32,000 bases of DNA, from NCBI GenBank assembly GCA_963718915.1, contig CAVRAI010000003.1, positions 750,001 to 782,000 of the forward strand, written 5' to 3'. Made by a program: the position numbers and the translations under genes. The notes below the pieces were generated by a model that had not been told where the DNA came from, searched no databases, and worked only from the letters and a program-made list of their open reading frames with translations. This DNA comes from an uncultured Chloroflexia bacterium. GTDB lineage: Bacteria; Chloroflexota; Ktedonobacteria; Ktedonobacterales; JADMIN01. Shown here in pieces: positions 16,758-25,526 of the stretch. The stretch's first letter is position 1; each line of letters starts with the position of its first letter.

Positions 16758-16992
16758 GCCGGGGTCTCCTTTCATCGCTAGTGTCTGGAATGAACTTGCG
16801 CTCTGGTCTTTTAGAGATTGCCTGGCACTGTTGACGCTGGCGCAGAATGAAAGGTTCCCACACGAGCGAAATGTGTGTCCAATGTCACAAGTTGCCCTCT
16901 CAGGACAGATTGTGTCCGGATATGCCGGTATGCTGGTTCTGGATGATTGTGCGCTGCCGCCTGCCCGACGAGCGGATGTAAGGAGCGATTTG

Positions 16993-17508
16993 ATGACGGA
17001 GACACCGATTGACATGAGCCTCGGACGTTATGGGAACATTGTGCCCGACGAGTATACCTACTATCAGAAGCTGGTGACTCCAGGCGACGACCTGCGTCTG
17101 CCACACGCCTATCTCAAGTGGTACGACATCTACCGCCCCGACAGAGAGATTGCGGCGGAGCATGTGCGCGAGAGCCGCGAGTTTGTGGCAGCTGAGGTGG
17201 AGCGATTGAAGCTGAACTATGAGCTGGGGTTCGTGCTGCTACACGCGTGCGGGCCAGCGTTGCTGCTGATGGTGATAACCTGGCGCAACACCAACGAGCT
17301 GTGGGAATCGGTCTACACGAAAGACCTGTCAACGTCGGAAGGCTTCACGCTCACAACATACGAGACGAGCCACCGGGGCACATACTGCGTCTGGGAGCTT
17401 GGCCCGATCTGGCATGAGCGCAACGCCTGGATGCGCTATCTCTCATCCCGGCGCGATGAGGTGGCGAAACAGGCCTATATCAACGATCGGTTCTCGGGGC
17501 TGGTGTAA
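16993..17508 (+). CDS. hypothetical protein (171 aa)
   Basis: ATG at 16993 with an AAGGAG SD 7 nt upstream. The composition is non-repetitive and protein-like (…YELGFVLLHACGPALLLMVITWRNTNELWESVY…). I recognise no family. Confidence 0.6.
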   Translation: MTETPIDMSLGRYGNIVPDEYTYYQKLVTPGDDLRLPHAYLKWYDIYRPDREIAAEHVRESREFVAAEVERLKLNYELGFVLLHACGPALLLMVITWRNTNELWESVYTKDLSTSEGFTLTTYETSHRGTYCVWELGPIWHERNAWMRYLSSRRDEVAKQAYINDRFSGLV

Positions 17509-17572
17509 AATACACCACACCTTCTGGCCTCGCCTGCGATGTGAGCGACACGTGCCAACACTGTACAATCGC

Positions 17573-17830
17573 TTATACCGTCAGATCTGTGTCTTGCTGG
17601 TGTGGCGCTGGAAGCAGATCGACCCGTGTTGTCCAATCCGGCTCTGCCATCCAGTAATGATAATGCTTGCTGTAGAGAACGGTCGCCTCAACCTCCATCT
17701 CTTCATCGAAGAGCACGACGTGTTCGCCGTCGCGAAATGAAGGATGATCCGTCAATTTATCAGCGCTGAGTTTGACCAGATCAACTGGCTCACTCATCGT
17801 GGTATTGAAGTCAACGTAGATTCTCTGCAT
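17573..17830 (-). CDS. hypothetical protein (85 aa)
   Basis: ORF with ordinary amino-acid composition in a lower-GC patch. No motif recognised. Confidence 0.45.
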   Translation of the reverse strand: MQRIYVDFNTTMSEPVDLVKLSADKLTDHPSFRDGEHVVLFDEEMEVEATVLYSKHYHYWMAEPDWTTRVDLLPAPHQQDTDLTV

Positions 17831-18006
17831 GGTATGCCTCGGATGCTATGGACGGCTGTAATACGGATGACCTGTTCCCTAATTATATGAGGAATGTGAC
17901 GCTATGATCGCCGCTGGCTCGATTGTATCGAATCGTGTCAATGGTATTGCTGACGATGGCGTATGATACAGGCGGGAAATGCGCTGCAAAGCCAATGGAG
18001 GCGCGG

Positions 18007-18898
18007 ATGAAGCTGTTCTATAGTCCTGACTATGTGCTGGCCGAATATGCCTTCGATACGACGCGGAAGGCGCGCTGGGTGGCCGAGTCGCTCCAGGCGG
18101 AGCCGGTCGCGGGAGTCGAGTTCGTCGCGCCGGAGCCGGTCTCTGAGGCGGCGCTCTGCGAGCTACACGACCCGGCGTATGTGGCGGCGGTGCGCACGGG
18201 CGCCCCGCGCGCGCTGGCAGAGTCGCAGGGCTTCCAGCTGGGATGCGCTGCTCTGGCGCAGTGTCCGCGCCTCGACCGGAGGGGCGATTGCCGCCGCCGA
18301 GGTGGCGCTGCGCGAGGGGTGCGCCGGCTCGCTCTCCAGCGGGCTGCACCACGCCTGGCGCTACCAGGGCAAAGGCTACTGCACCTTCAATGGGCTGGCG
18401 CTGGCGGCACACCACGCGCTCAGCAGCGGCGCGAACTCCGTGCTCATCCTCGACCTGGACGCCCATTGTGGCGGCGGCACGCACTCGCTGGTAGCGCAGG
18501 AGCCGCGTATCCACCACGCCGATATCGCCGTCGATCCGTTCGACTATTACACGCCCACGGCAGATAACAGCTTCGAGCTGGTCACCGACGCGGCGCGCTA
18601 TCTGCCCGCCGTCCGCGAGCTACTGGCCCACCTGGAAGACAGCGGCGGCTACGATCTCTGTCTCTACAATGCTGGTATGGATCCACATGAGGGCAGCGCT
18701 ACGGGTAGCCTGGCGGGCATCACCGAAGAGACGTTAGCCGAGCGCGAGCGGATGGTCTTCGCGTGGTGTCGCGCGCGCGCGATTCCGGTGGCGTTCGTGC
18801 TGGCAGGCGGCTACATCAGCCCACGACTCCCGCAGGAGCGGCTGGTGGCGCTGCACCGGCTGACGGTGGAGACGGCGGTGGCGCAAGGGAGCGCATGA
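18007..18898 (+). pseudogene. histone deacetylase/acetylpolyamine amidohydrolase family protein, frameshifted by one extra base
   Basis: ATG at 18007 (GGAGG SD) gives MKLFYSPDYVL...HDPAYVAAVRTGAPRALAESQGF in one frame. The continuation SWDALLWRSVRASTGGAIAAAEVAL...GLHHAWRYQGKGYCTFNG...LILDLDAHCGGGT... is in the next frame. The junction is at the CC at 18234-18235. Confidence 0.8.
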
Positions 18899-19749
18899 TG
18901 CCAGCAATGCACCTCGTCGGGCTGATCGGCTATCCCGTCGGCCACTCTCGCTCGCCCGCGATGCAGCAGGCCGCGTTCGACGCGCTGGGCATCTCTGCCC
19001 GCTACCTGCTCTGGGAGACGCCGCCGGAGACGCTGGCCGAGCGGATCGCCAGCCTGCGCGCGCCGGATGTGCTGGGCGCGAACGTCACCATCCCGCATAA
19101 GACGGTGGTCGTCCCGCTGCTGGATGCGCTGGCGCCGAGCGCACGGCAAGCCGGAGGCGCGGTCAACACCATCGTGCGCGGCGCGGATGGCCGCCTGACG
19201 GGACACAATACCGACGTGACGGGCGTGTTGCGGGTGCTGGACGCCCACGAAGCGGGCGACGCCGGGCAATCGCCACTGATCCTGGGGGCAGGCGGCGCGG
19301 CGCGGGCAGCCTGGGCAGTGGCCCATGAGCGCGGGATGACGCTGCGGGTAGCGGCGCGGAATCCGATAGCGGCGCGGGAGGCGCTGAGCGCGCTTGATCT
19401 CTCGCCCGTAGGAATCGTCCCGCTGGACGCGCCCGATGAACTGGCAGAGGCACTAAGGGTGAGCAGCATCCTCATCAACGCAACGTCCGTTGGCATGGGC
19501 GATCCGCTGGCGTCGCCGCTGCCCACCGAACTGTTGGGGCATCTGCCGCCACCCGCGCTCGTCTTCGATATGGTCTACGCCCCACCCGAAACGGCGCTGC
19601 TATGGGCGGCGCGCGCGCTGGGGCTACGCACAGCGGCGGGGCTGGAGATGCTGCTGGAACAGGGCGCGGCGGCTTTCGAGCGATGGACGGGGCTGCCAGC
19701 GCCCGTCGAGGTGATGCGGGCGGCGCTGGCGGCGCATGATATGGAATAG
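18895..19749 (+). CDS. aroE: shikimate dehydrogenase
   Basis: 284 aa from the ATG at 18895, which overlaps the upstream TGA (ATGA). Motifs: ...GYPVGHSRSP..., NVTIPHK, GAVNT, GHNTD. Confidence 0.9.
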   Translation: MMPAMHLVGLIGYPVGHSRSPAMQQAAFDALGISARYLLWETPPETLAERIASLRAPDVLGANVTIPHKTVVVPLLDALAPSARQAGGAVNTIVRGADGRLTGHNTDVTGVLRVLDAHEAGDAGQSPLILGAGGAARAAWAVAHERGMTLRVAARNPIAAREALSALDLSPVGIVPLDAPDELAEALRVSSILINATSVGMGDPLASPLPTELLGHLPPPALVFDMVYAPPETALLWAARALGLRTAAGLEMLLEQGAAAFERWTGLPAPVEVMRAALAAHDME

Positions 19750-19804
19750 ATCTATGAAATAGATATGTGGAATAGAGGCGTATCCAGGAAAGAGCGACAT
19801 GCCA

Positions 19805-19825
19805 GGCGTCGAGGGGGACGACGCC
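19805..19825. terminator. GC hairpin between convergent aroE and the regulator gene
   Basis: ggcgtcg-aggggga-cgacgcc has a 7-bp perfect stem and a 7-nt loop. There is no U-tract, so function is uncertain. Confidence 0.3.
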
Positions 19826-19871
19826 CGGCTATCGGCTGCGTAAAGACTGTTCCATCGTTGGCAGCGCCACT

Positions 19872-20303
19872 TTAGAGTTCGGCAAGAATGTCGAGCGCCT
19901 CAACCTGGTCGCGCTCCAGCGTCTTGATGCTGATGTTGTGCAGATACTCGCAGACACGCTGCCGCGGCCAGCGCTCCTCCAACGCCAGGCGCACGATCTG
20001 CCGCTGGCGTGGGCGCAGGCGGTCAATCGCCGTCGAAAGCTGCGCGCGGGTGAGCAGTCGCTGCTCGCCATCGGGCCGCACGATCACCAGTGTCGTCTCG
20101 GTCTCCGCGCGTGGCACCGCCCGCAGAAACTCGCGGATGATCTGGCGTGTATATGCCCGTTGCTGCCAGTCGGCGGAGTTCACATCCCCCAGTTCGCTAT
20201 CAAGCTCGCCCTCGATCTCGGCGTCGGGCAGTTGCGGCCTGCCATAGCCACTCTGACTGGTCCATCCCGCCTGTACATACCCCTGACCATTGCGATTCAT
20301 CAT
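19872..20303 (-). CDS. small HTH protein with a sigma-70 region-4-like C-terminus
   Basis: 143-aa ORF. The C-terminal ...LRPRQRQIVRLALEERWPRQRVCEYLHNISIKTLERDQVEAL... resembles region 4 / LuxR-type HTH of ECF sigma factors. No region 2 is visible. Confidence 0.5.
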   Translation of the reverse strand: MMNRNGQGYVQAGWTSQSGYGRPQLPDAEIEGELDSELGDVNSADWQQRAYTRQIIREFLRAVPRAETETTLVIVRPDGEQRLLTRAQLSTAIDRLRPRQRQIVRLALEERWPRQRVCEYLHNISIKTLERDQVEALDILAEL

Positions 20304-20402
20304 CTCGTCGTCCCCCTTCTCGGACCACTACCACTGAAATCTGTCATGTTCTCCAGGAGGTATGCAGCGCGCGCTGGTAGAGCAGGCTGCATCCTGGCTT
20401 CT

Positions 20403-20464
20403 GGATTAGAACAAATTTTCTAATCCGTCTGCCTTCTAGAGTAGAACAAATACCCTAATCCGTC
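20403..20464. promoter_or_regulatory. operator-like palindrome plus 23-nt direct repeat upstream of the HTH gene
   Basis: GGATTAGAA-caaatt-TTCTAATCC palindrome at 20403-20426. tagaacaaattttctaatccgtc (20407-20429) is repeated as tagaacaaataccctaatccgtc (20442-20464). The site is AT-rich in a GC-rich genome and lies 100-160 nt upstream of the start at 20303. Confidence 0.35.
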
Positions 20465-20570
20465 AATAGCCAATTTGGCGTGGAAGGGTTGGGATGTCGG
20501 GGTATGGGAGCACTGTTCCGCCTGTGCTACCGTCTGAGCTACCACCTGAGCTATCGTGTCCCATCGTATC

Positions 20571-21164
20571 CTACCGTGACGGTGCGGCTCGCCAGTCACG
20601 AATCAGGATGAAAAGGCCCAGCGCGGCAGAGGCGGAGATCAGGATGGTGGCGGGGGCAAGGTAGAAGCCCGCGCCCGAGATGGCGGGGATGGTGATCGCG
20701 ATGATGAGGAGGGCGCAGGTCACCAGCGCCCCGCAGGCGACGCTGCGATTGGATGGCTCGGGGGTGTGGTGCTGCCACCACGCGGAGAGCGTCGCCGCCA
20801 GGAACAGCACGATGACAGTGCTGAGCACGAAGGCAACGCGCGCTGACTGTTGCGCGAACTCCAGCGAGCTGGGCGCGATGGGCTTGCAGAGCATCGTCTG
20901 GTTGGAGACGCCGTAGCAAATCTCATGCGCGCCAAAGAGGCTGATAAGCAGATAGGCGCTTGCCAGCAGGCAGAGAACGAACGAGACGAGGGCCAGAATG
21001 ATCTGGGTACGGGCGATAGGCTCTAACTGGCTCAGGGAGCGAAGCTGTTTCAACGTGTCAACCCTCTCAGGGAAAATATCAATCGGTATCATCGGTATCA
21101 TCGGTATGAGCGGCGCTAGCCATTCAGAAGAAGTATAACGCGCCCGCGACCCAGTATGCAGCAA
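20571..21164 (-). CDS. integral membrane protein (about 4 TM helices), start uncertain
   Basis: Hydrophobic segments IILALVSFVLCLLASAYLLISLF, VAFVLSTVIVLFLAATLSAWW, ACGALVTCALLIIAITIPAI and ILISASAALGLFILI. Several in-frame ATGs lie in a 9-nt repeat near the 5' end. Confidence 0.6.
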   Translation of the reverse strand: MLHTGSRARYTSSEWLAPLIPMIPMIPIDIFPERVDTLKQLRSLSQLEPIARTQIILALVSFVLCLLASAYLLISLFGAHEICYGVSNQTMLCKPIAPSSLEFAQQSARVAFVLSTVIVLFLAATLSAWWQHHTPEPSNRSVACGALVTCALLIIAITIPAISGAGFYLAPATILISASAALGLFILIRDWRAAPSR

Positions 21165-21362
21165 CCACCAGCGTTTCTCCTACGCCTGAACCCCGCAGCC
21201 ATCTCTGCCAGCCAGTGTCCGTATGTGTCCACATGTGTCGGGATATGACCACGAGGAGCCGCTTGACAACTCGCCTGCATGCATCCACTATTGTCCCTGA
21301 GCATGCGATGTTGGCGACGTGTGATTTGCCAGTCACGTGATGGCAGGCAGGAGGTACATCTC

Positions 21363-22254
21363 ATGAGCGACGATCCTAACGACACGAACGAAATCAATGA
21401 CGAACAGGCGATGCTCCCGTTCGACGATGGCAGCATGGGGCGCCTCGTTCGTCGGCAATGGCATGAGGGACAGTGGTATTTCAGCGTTGTAGACGTGATC
21501 GCGGTGCTGACCGATAGCGACGCACCGCGCCGCTACTGGAGTGATCTGAAGCGCAAACTCCACGATGATGAAGGGTTCAGCCAGTTGTACGAAAAAATCG
21601 TACAACTGAAAATGCGTTCGCCGCTCGATGGCAAGAAATACGCTACCGACGCCGCCGATGCGGAAACCATGCTGCGCATCGTGCAGAGCGTGCCCAGTCC
21701 CAAGGCTGAGCCGATCAAGCAGTGGCTAGCGCGGGAAGGCGCCAAGCGTCTGGAGGAGATGGCGGCGGAGCTTCCTGAAAGCCAGAAGCGCCTGCTCTTG
21801 CGCGGAGAGGTCGCCGAGAAGAACCGCAGCCTTGCGGATACCGTCTCCGCCGCAGGAGTTCTCACGCGGCGTGACTTTGCCATCTTCCAGGATTTCGGCT
21901 ACCGGGGGGCTCTATGGTGGCGAGAAGGCCAGTGACATCGCCACACGCAAGGGTCTCGCATGCGGCCAGCATATCCTCGACCACATGGAGAGCGAGGAAC
22001 TCGCCGCGAACTGGTTCCGCATCACTCAGACCGAGGCCAAGATACGCCGCGAGGAGATCGATAACAAGGCCGACGCCAACGCCGCGCACCATGTCGTTGG
22101 CCGTGAGGTGCGCGAGACCATAGCTCGGCTTGGCGGCACGATGCCCGAAGACCTGCCCACCCCGGAGCAGTCCATCCAGCAGCTCGAACGCGCCGAACAA
22201 CAGCGCATTCAGGCTGAGCGCCAGCCTCTACTCCTCTCCGATGCCAACCACTAA
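21363..22254 (+). pseudogene. DinD-like protein (Bro-N-like N-terminus + DinD C-terminus), frameshifted in a G6 run
   Basis: ATG at 21363 (AGGAGG SD) gives ...QWHEGQWYFSVVDVIAVLTDS...FAIFQDFGYRG. The continuation LYGGEKASDIATRKGLACGQHILDHMESEELAANWFRITQTEAKIRRE...GGTMPEDLPTPEQSIQQLE is in the next frame. The switch is at GGGGGG, 21904-21909. Confidence 0.8.
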
Positions 22255-22265
22255 ACGACAAACAA

Positions 22266-22294
22266 CCACCCCTTCCATATGCTGAGAGGGGTGG
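22266..22294. terminator. hairpin between the convergent DinD-like gene and ilvE
   Basis: ccacccct / aggggtgg form an 8-bp perfect stem with a 13-nt loop, 12 nt after the DinD-like stop. Confidence 0.35.
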
Positions 22295-22329
22295 CGAGAG
22301 CGTGCTGTGTTACGACGTATTATGGTGGG

Positions 22330-23409
22330 CTAGCGGGCGCGCGCCTTGCTGCTGCTGCGCGATTTGGCGTGACCGTTCGCATGGCTGCTATGGCCATTGC
22401 TATTATGAGCGCTGTGGCCGTTGCTGGCGGCTTTACCCGTCGCGACCATCTGCCCCGCGTGGCTCTCGGCATAGACGGGTGTGAGCCAGTCGCGGTACTC
22501 TGGCCGCATGCCGCGCACCACCTCGTGATAGGTCTGCTGCAGGGTCTCGGTCAGCGCGCCGATCTTGCCCGTGCCGACCGGGCGATGATCTACCTCGATC
22601 ACCGGGCAAATCTGGGCGCCGGTGCCGGTCAGGAAAATTTCGTCGGCGATGTAAAGCTCGGTGCGGTCGATCTGGCGCTCGCGGGTGATGCGATCCAACT
22701 CGCGGTGGGCAAGCTCCATGATGGTCTCGCGGGTGATGCCAAGCAGGATGTTCTCTGAGGCGGATGGCGTCACCAGTTCGCCATTGATCAGCATGAAGAT
22801 GTTTTCGGCGCTGCCCTCGCTGACGTGGCCCTCGCTGGTCAGCATGATCGCCTCGTCGAAGCCGTTCATCAGCGCCTCAGACTTGGCGAAGGCGCTATTG
22901 ACGTAGGCGCCGGAAATCTTGGCGCGGGCGGGTATCATGTTGTCGTCCACCCGCCGCCACGACGAGACGCCGCAGCGCAGGCCAGTGGTGGCGACGTAGT
23001 CACCCATCGGCACGGTGTAGATGAGGAATGCGTCGTCCAGGTCGTTGAGCCGGACGCCGATGATCTCATTGGCTTTGTAGGCGAACGGGCGAATGTAGCA
23101 GTTCTCGCGCAGATTGTTGCGGCGAACAAGGTCAATGGTGATCGCGATCAACTCGTCGACGCTATAGGGTAGCTCGATATTGACGATGCGGCAGGAGCGA
23201 TGCAGGCGCTCGTAATGTTCGCGCAGCCGGAAGATATACAGTTCTTCGGTCTGGTCATTCCAGTAGGCGCGGATTCCCTCGAAGCAGCCAGTGCCATACG
23301 ACAGCGCATGACTCATGACGCCGACATGCGCCTCATTGGAGGCCACAAACGCGCCGTTCATGAAGACGACCATATCGGTTCGCTGGGAAAGAGGAATAGA
23401 CACGCTCAC
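22330..23409 (-). CDS. ilvE: branched-chain amino acid aminotransferase with a His/Ser/Asn-rich C-terminal extension
   Basis: 359-aa ORF with class IV aminotransferase motifs ...YGTGCFEGIRAY..., ...EGSAENIF... and ...LTGTGAQICPV.... The last ~45 aa (…SNGHSAHNSNGHSSHANGHAKSRSSSKARAR) lie beyond the usual C-terminus. Confidence 0.9.
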   Translation of the reverse strand: MSVSIPLSQRTDMVVFMNGAFVASNEAHVGVMSHALSYGTGCFEGIRAYWNDQTEELYIFRLREHYERLHRSCRIVNIELPYSVDELIAITIDLVRRNNLRENCYIRPFAYKANEIIGVRLNDLDDAFLIYTVPMGDYVATTGLRCGVSSWRRVDDNMIPARAKISGAYVNSAFAKSEALMNGFDEAIMLTSEGHVSEGSAENIFMLINGELVTPSASENILLGITRETIMELAHRELDRITRERQIDRTELYIADEIFLTGTGAQICPVIEVDHRPVGTGKIGALTETLQQTYHEVVRGMRPEYRDWLTPVYAESHAGQMVATGKAASNGHSAHNSNGHSSHANGHAKSRSSSKARAR

Positions 23410-23600
23410 TCGCCTCCTCTAATGCGGCCTCGTCGCCGCATCATTATGGTCAGACCACTACGCCAGATAGCGGCCAGCTCGATCTCACACGATTCGTGGC
23501 GAACACGCGCCCCATACCATCAGACTATCCATAGTGTCAAGACGAATCAGCAGGCCAGATACCTACACCTACGATGCCGCAATACAGGACATGACAGGAT

Positions 23601-24515
23601 TCACATGATGCGTTTGCCGGTGGCTGAGAGCGCCAGTTGCGCCGCGAGATCAGCCGTGCGGTTGCGGTCGTCCAGAATTGGGTTGACCTCAACCAGATCG
23701 AGGCTAAGCAGCTTGCCGGAACTGGCGACCAACTCCATCGCGAGATGGGCCTCGCGCCAGGTCATGCCGCCGGGGACTGGTGTGCCGACGCCGGGAGCGT
23801 CCTTGGGGTCCACCCCATCGAGATCGAAGCTGACGTGGATGCCCGCGGCGCCTTCGGATGCCAGGGTAATCGCGTCGTGGGTGATGCGGTCCATTCCGTG
23901 GCGGTCGATATCGGCCATGGTGAAGACATGCGCGCCAGAGCGCTTGAGCAGCTCGCGCTCGCCGGGGTCGATGTCACGCGCGCCGACGATGACGACGCGG
24001 CGTGGGTCGATGTGTGGGCCGCCGCCAGCCACCTCGACGAGCGCCGGATCGCCGACCGAGGGGTCGCCATAGCCGCAGAGCGCGCCAAGGATCATGCCGT
24101 GGATGTTGCCGGATGGACTGGTCTTCGAATTGTTGAAGTCGGTGTGGGCGTCGAACCAGATGATGCCGGGCGAATTGACCGCGTTGGCGACGCCGCTGCC
24201 GGAGCCGAGCGAGATGCTATGGTCGCCGCCGAGTATGATCGGTGTCGAGCCTGCGCGCACGACGCTTTCGACCCGTTTGGCGAGTTCGTTGGCGACGCAA
24301 ACGACTTCGTCCAGGTATTTGAGCGGATCGTCACGAGATGGGGTCGCGGTGGGTTCGGGGACGGAAACCGAGCCGAGGTCTTCGACGGTGTGGCCCAGGT
24401 CCGTCAGTTTCTCGCGGATGTTTGCGTACCGGATGGCGCTGGGGCCCATATCTACGCCGCGACGCCCCGCGCCCAGGTACATCGGAACGCCAATCAGGCT
24501 GATGTGCATGGTCAA
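23601..24515 (-). CDS. rocF: arginase (ureohydrolase family)
   Basis: 304-aa ORF with ...ILGGDHSIS..., ...WFDAHTDFN..., ...SGNIHGM... and ...HVSFDLDGVDP... Mn-binding motifs. Confidence 0.85.
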   Translation of the reverse strand: MTMHISLIGVPMYLGAGRRGVDMGPSAIRYANIREKLTDLGHTVEDLGSVSVPEPTATPSRDDPLKYLDEVVCVANELAKRVESVVRAGSTPIILGGDHSISLGSGSGVANAVNSPGIIWFDAHTDFNNSKTSPSGNIHGMILGALCGYGDPSVGDPALVEVAGGGPHIDPRRVVIVGARDIDPGERELLKRSGAHVFTMADIDRHGMDRITHDAITLASEGAAGIHVSFDLDGVDPKDAPGVGTPVPGGMTWREAHLAMELVASSGKLLSLDLVEVNPILDDRNRTADLAAQLALSATGKRIM

Positions 24516-24925
24516 CTATCGTTTCTGTCTCGACCACCGCTACGGGCGCCGTTGCCAATAACGGGGAGCGCTGAAGCTGAGAAGGGTCAGTGCTGCCCCC
24601 AGTATACTGCCCCCACCCCGTTTCGTCCAGTATGGGAGCGGCATCGGAGTCGTGCCAGCACCGAATTTTCCTGGGAAAGTTCGCCTGAGAATGTGTGGGG
24701 TAATGCGCGGACTATGTGGCTGTAGCAGACGCGCGAACCTGCTGCCAGTCCTGTTCGTGAGTCTGTTCTAGCGAGATGTTTACGTGGCGCCAACCTATAT
24801 CTAACGTTGGTCTACTGATGGTCTAACACACAGTGTCCGCGGCGGTGACTATACTTCTTTAATAGCCAATACCCAGGCATCCCGGAGCGCTGAAGGAGTC
24901 GCTCGTGTAAAGGGAGGACAACATC

Positions 24926-25423
24926 ATGTCCACCAGGACGACTGTGAGCGTCCGACGGGCAGCTGAGGCTGACCTCGATCAGGCGCTCGCGCTCTTTCAC
25001 GAGTTTCATGAGTTCCACGTGCGCGGCGTGCCAGATCGGCTGCGCATCCCCCATCCCTACGACGACGCGGCGGCGCGCGAGACGCTGCTCGGCATCCTCG
25101 ACAACGCGGACGCGTCGCTCTTTGTCGCTGAGGAAGACGGGCGGCTGCTTGGCCTGGCCGAGGTCTACCTGCGGCGCGACGCGCCCCATCCGGCGGCCAT
25201 CGAGTATGTGTATGGCTACCTCCAGAGCCTGATCGTCACCGCGTCCATCCGGCGGCGCGGCCTGGGGCGCCAGCTGATTGCCGCCGCCGAGCAATGGTCG
25301 CGCGAGCACGGCGCGCGCGAGATGCGGCTGGCCTGCTGGGAGTTCGCCGAGGGTCCGCTGCCCTTCTATGAGGCGCTGGGCTATCGCACGATGAAGCGCA
25401 CACTCGTCCGTACCCTCGCATGA
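24926..25423 (+). CDS. GNAT family N-acetyltransferase
   Basis: 165-aa ORF with the acetyl-CoA binding motif ...IRRRGLGRQLIAAAEQW... and a GGGAGGA SD upstream. Confidence 0.85.
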   Translation: MSTRTTVSVRRAAEADLDQALALFHEFHEFHVRGVPDRLRIPHPYDDAAARETLLGILDNADASLFVAEEDGRLLGLAEVYLRRDAPHPAAIEYVYGYLQSLIVTASIRRRGLGRQLIAAAEQWSREHGAREMRLACWEFAEGPLPFYEALGYRTMKRTLVRTLA

Positions 25424-25436
25424 GCCGATCCCTATA

Positions 25437-25526
25437 TCATGGTGATCGTCGCGGCGCTGGTGGGGCTGCTCGGCAGACCAAGTTCCCCGAAGCATTGTAG
25501 CTGGCGGTGTAGGCGCCTGCCGGATG
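25437..25526 (-). pseudogene. short Rhs/YD-repeat-like fragment directly after the stop of the 177-aa gene
   Basis: The same frame as the upstream gene reads ...GAYTASYNASGNLVCRAAP... after its TGA. The 19-nt string tagctggcggtgtaggcgc (25497-25515) is identical to 26329-26347. Confidence 0.45.

Noticed and set aside
15627-17015. Full 462-aa version of the DUF2330-like ORF.
   Set aside because: The first 86 codons have no SD and a Ser/Arg/Cys-rich odd composition. An internal ATG at 16757 has an AAGGAG SD and is followed by a classical signal peptide.
20526-20562. tRNA-like strings (reverse complement gatagctcaggtggtagctcagacggtagcac, resembling a duplicated D-arm).
   Set aside because: No anticodon stem-loop, T-arm (GGTTCGAATCC-like) or acceptor pairing can be built. 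At most this is a degenerate fragment.
23637-24725. 362-aa plus-strand ORF opposite arginase, and 306-aa minus-strand ORF (24812-25732) opposite the GNAT gene.
   Set aside because: The opposite strands carry unmistakable arginase and GNAT motifs, and these ORFs show shadow-ORF composition.
24516-24925. 410-bp divergent intergenic region between arginase and the GNAT gene, examined for a riboswitch, sRNA or small gene (includes the 68-aa ORF 24587-24793 and a repeated 12-mer ggagcgctgaag at ~24564 and ~24882).
   Set aside because: I found no structure or motif I can assign to a known RNA family. The ORF has poor composition and no SD, and the 12-mer repeat is too short to interpret.
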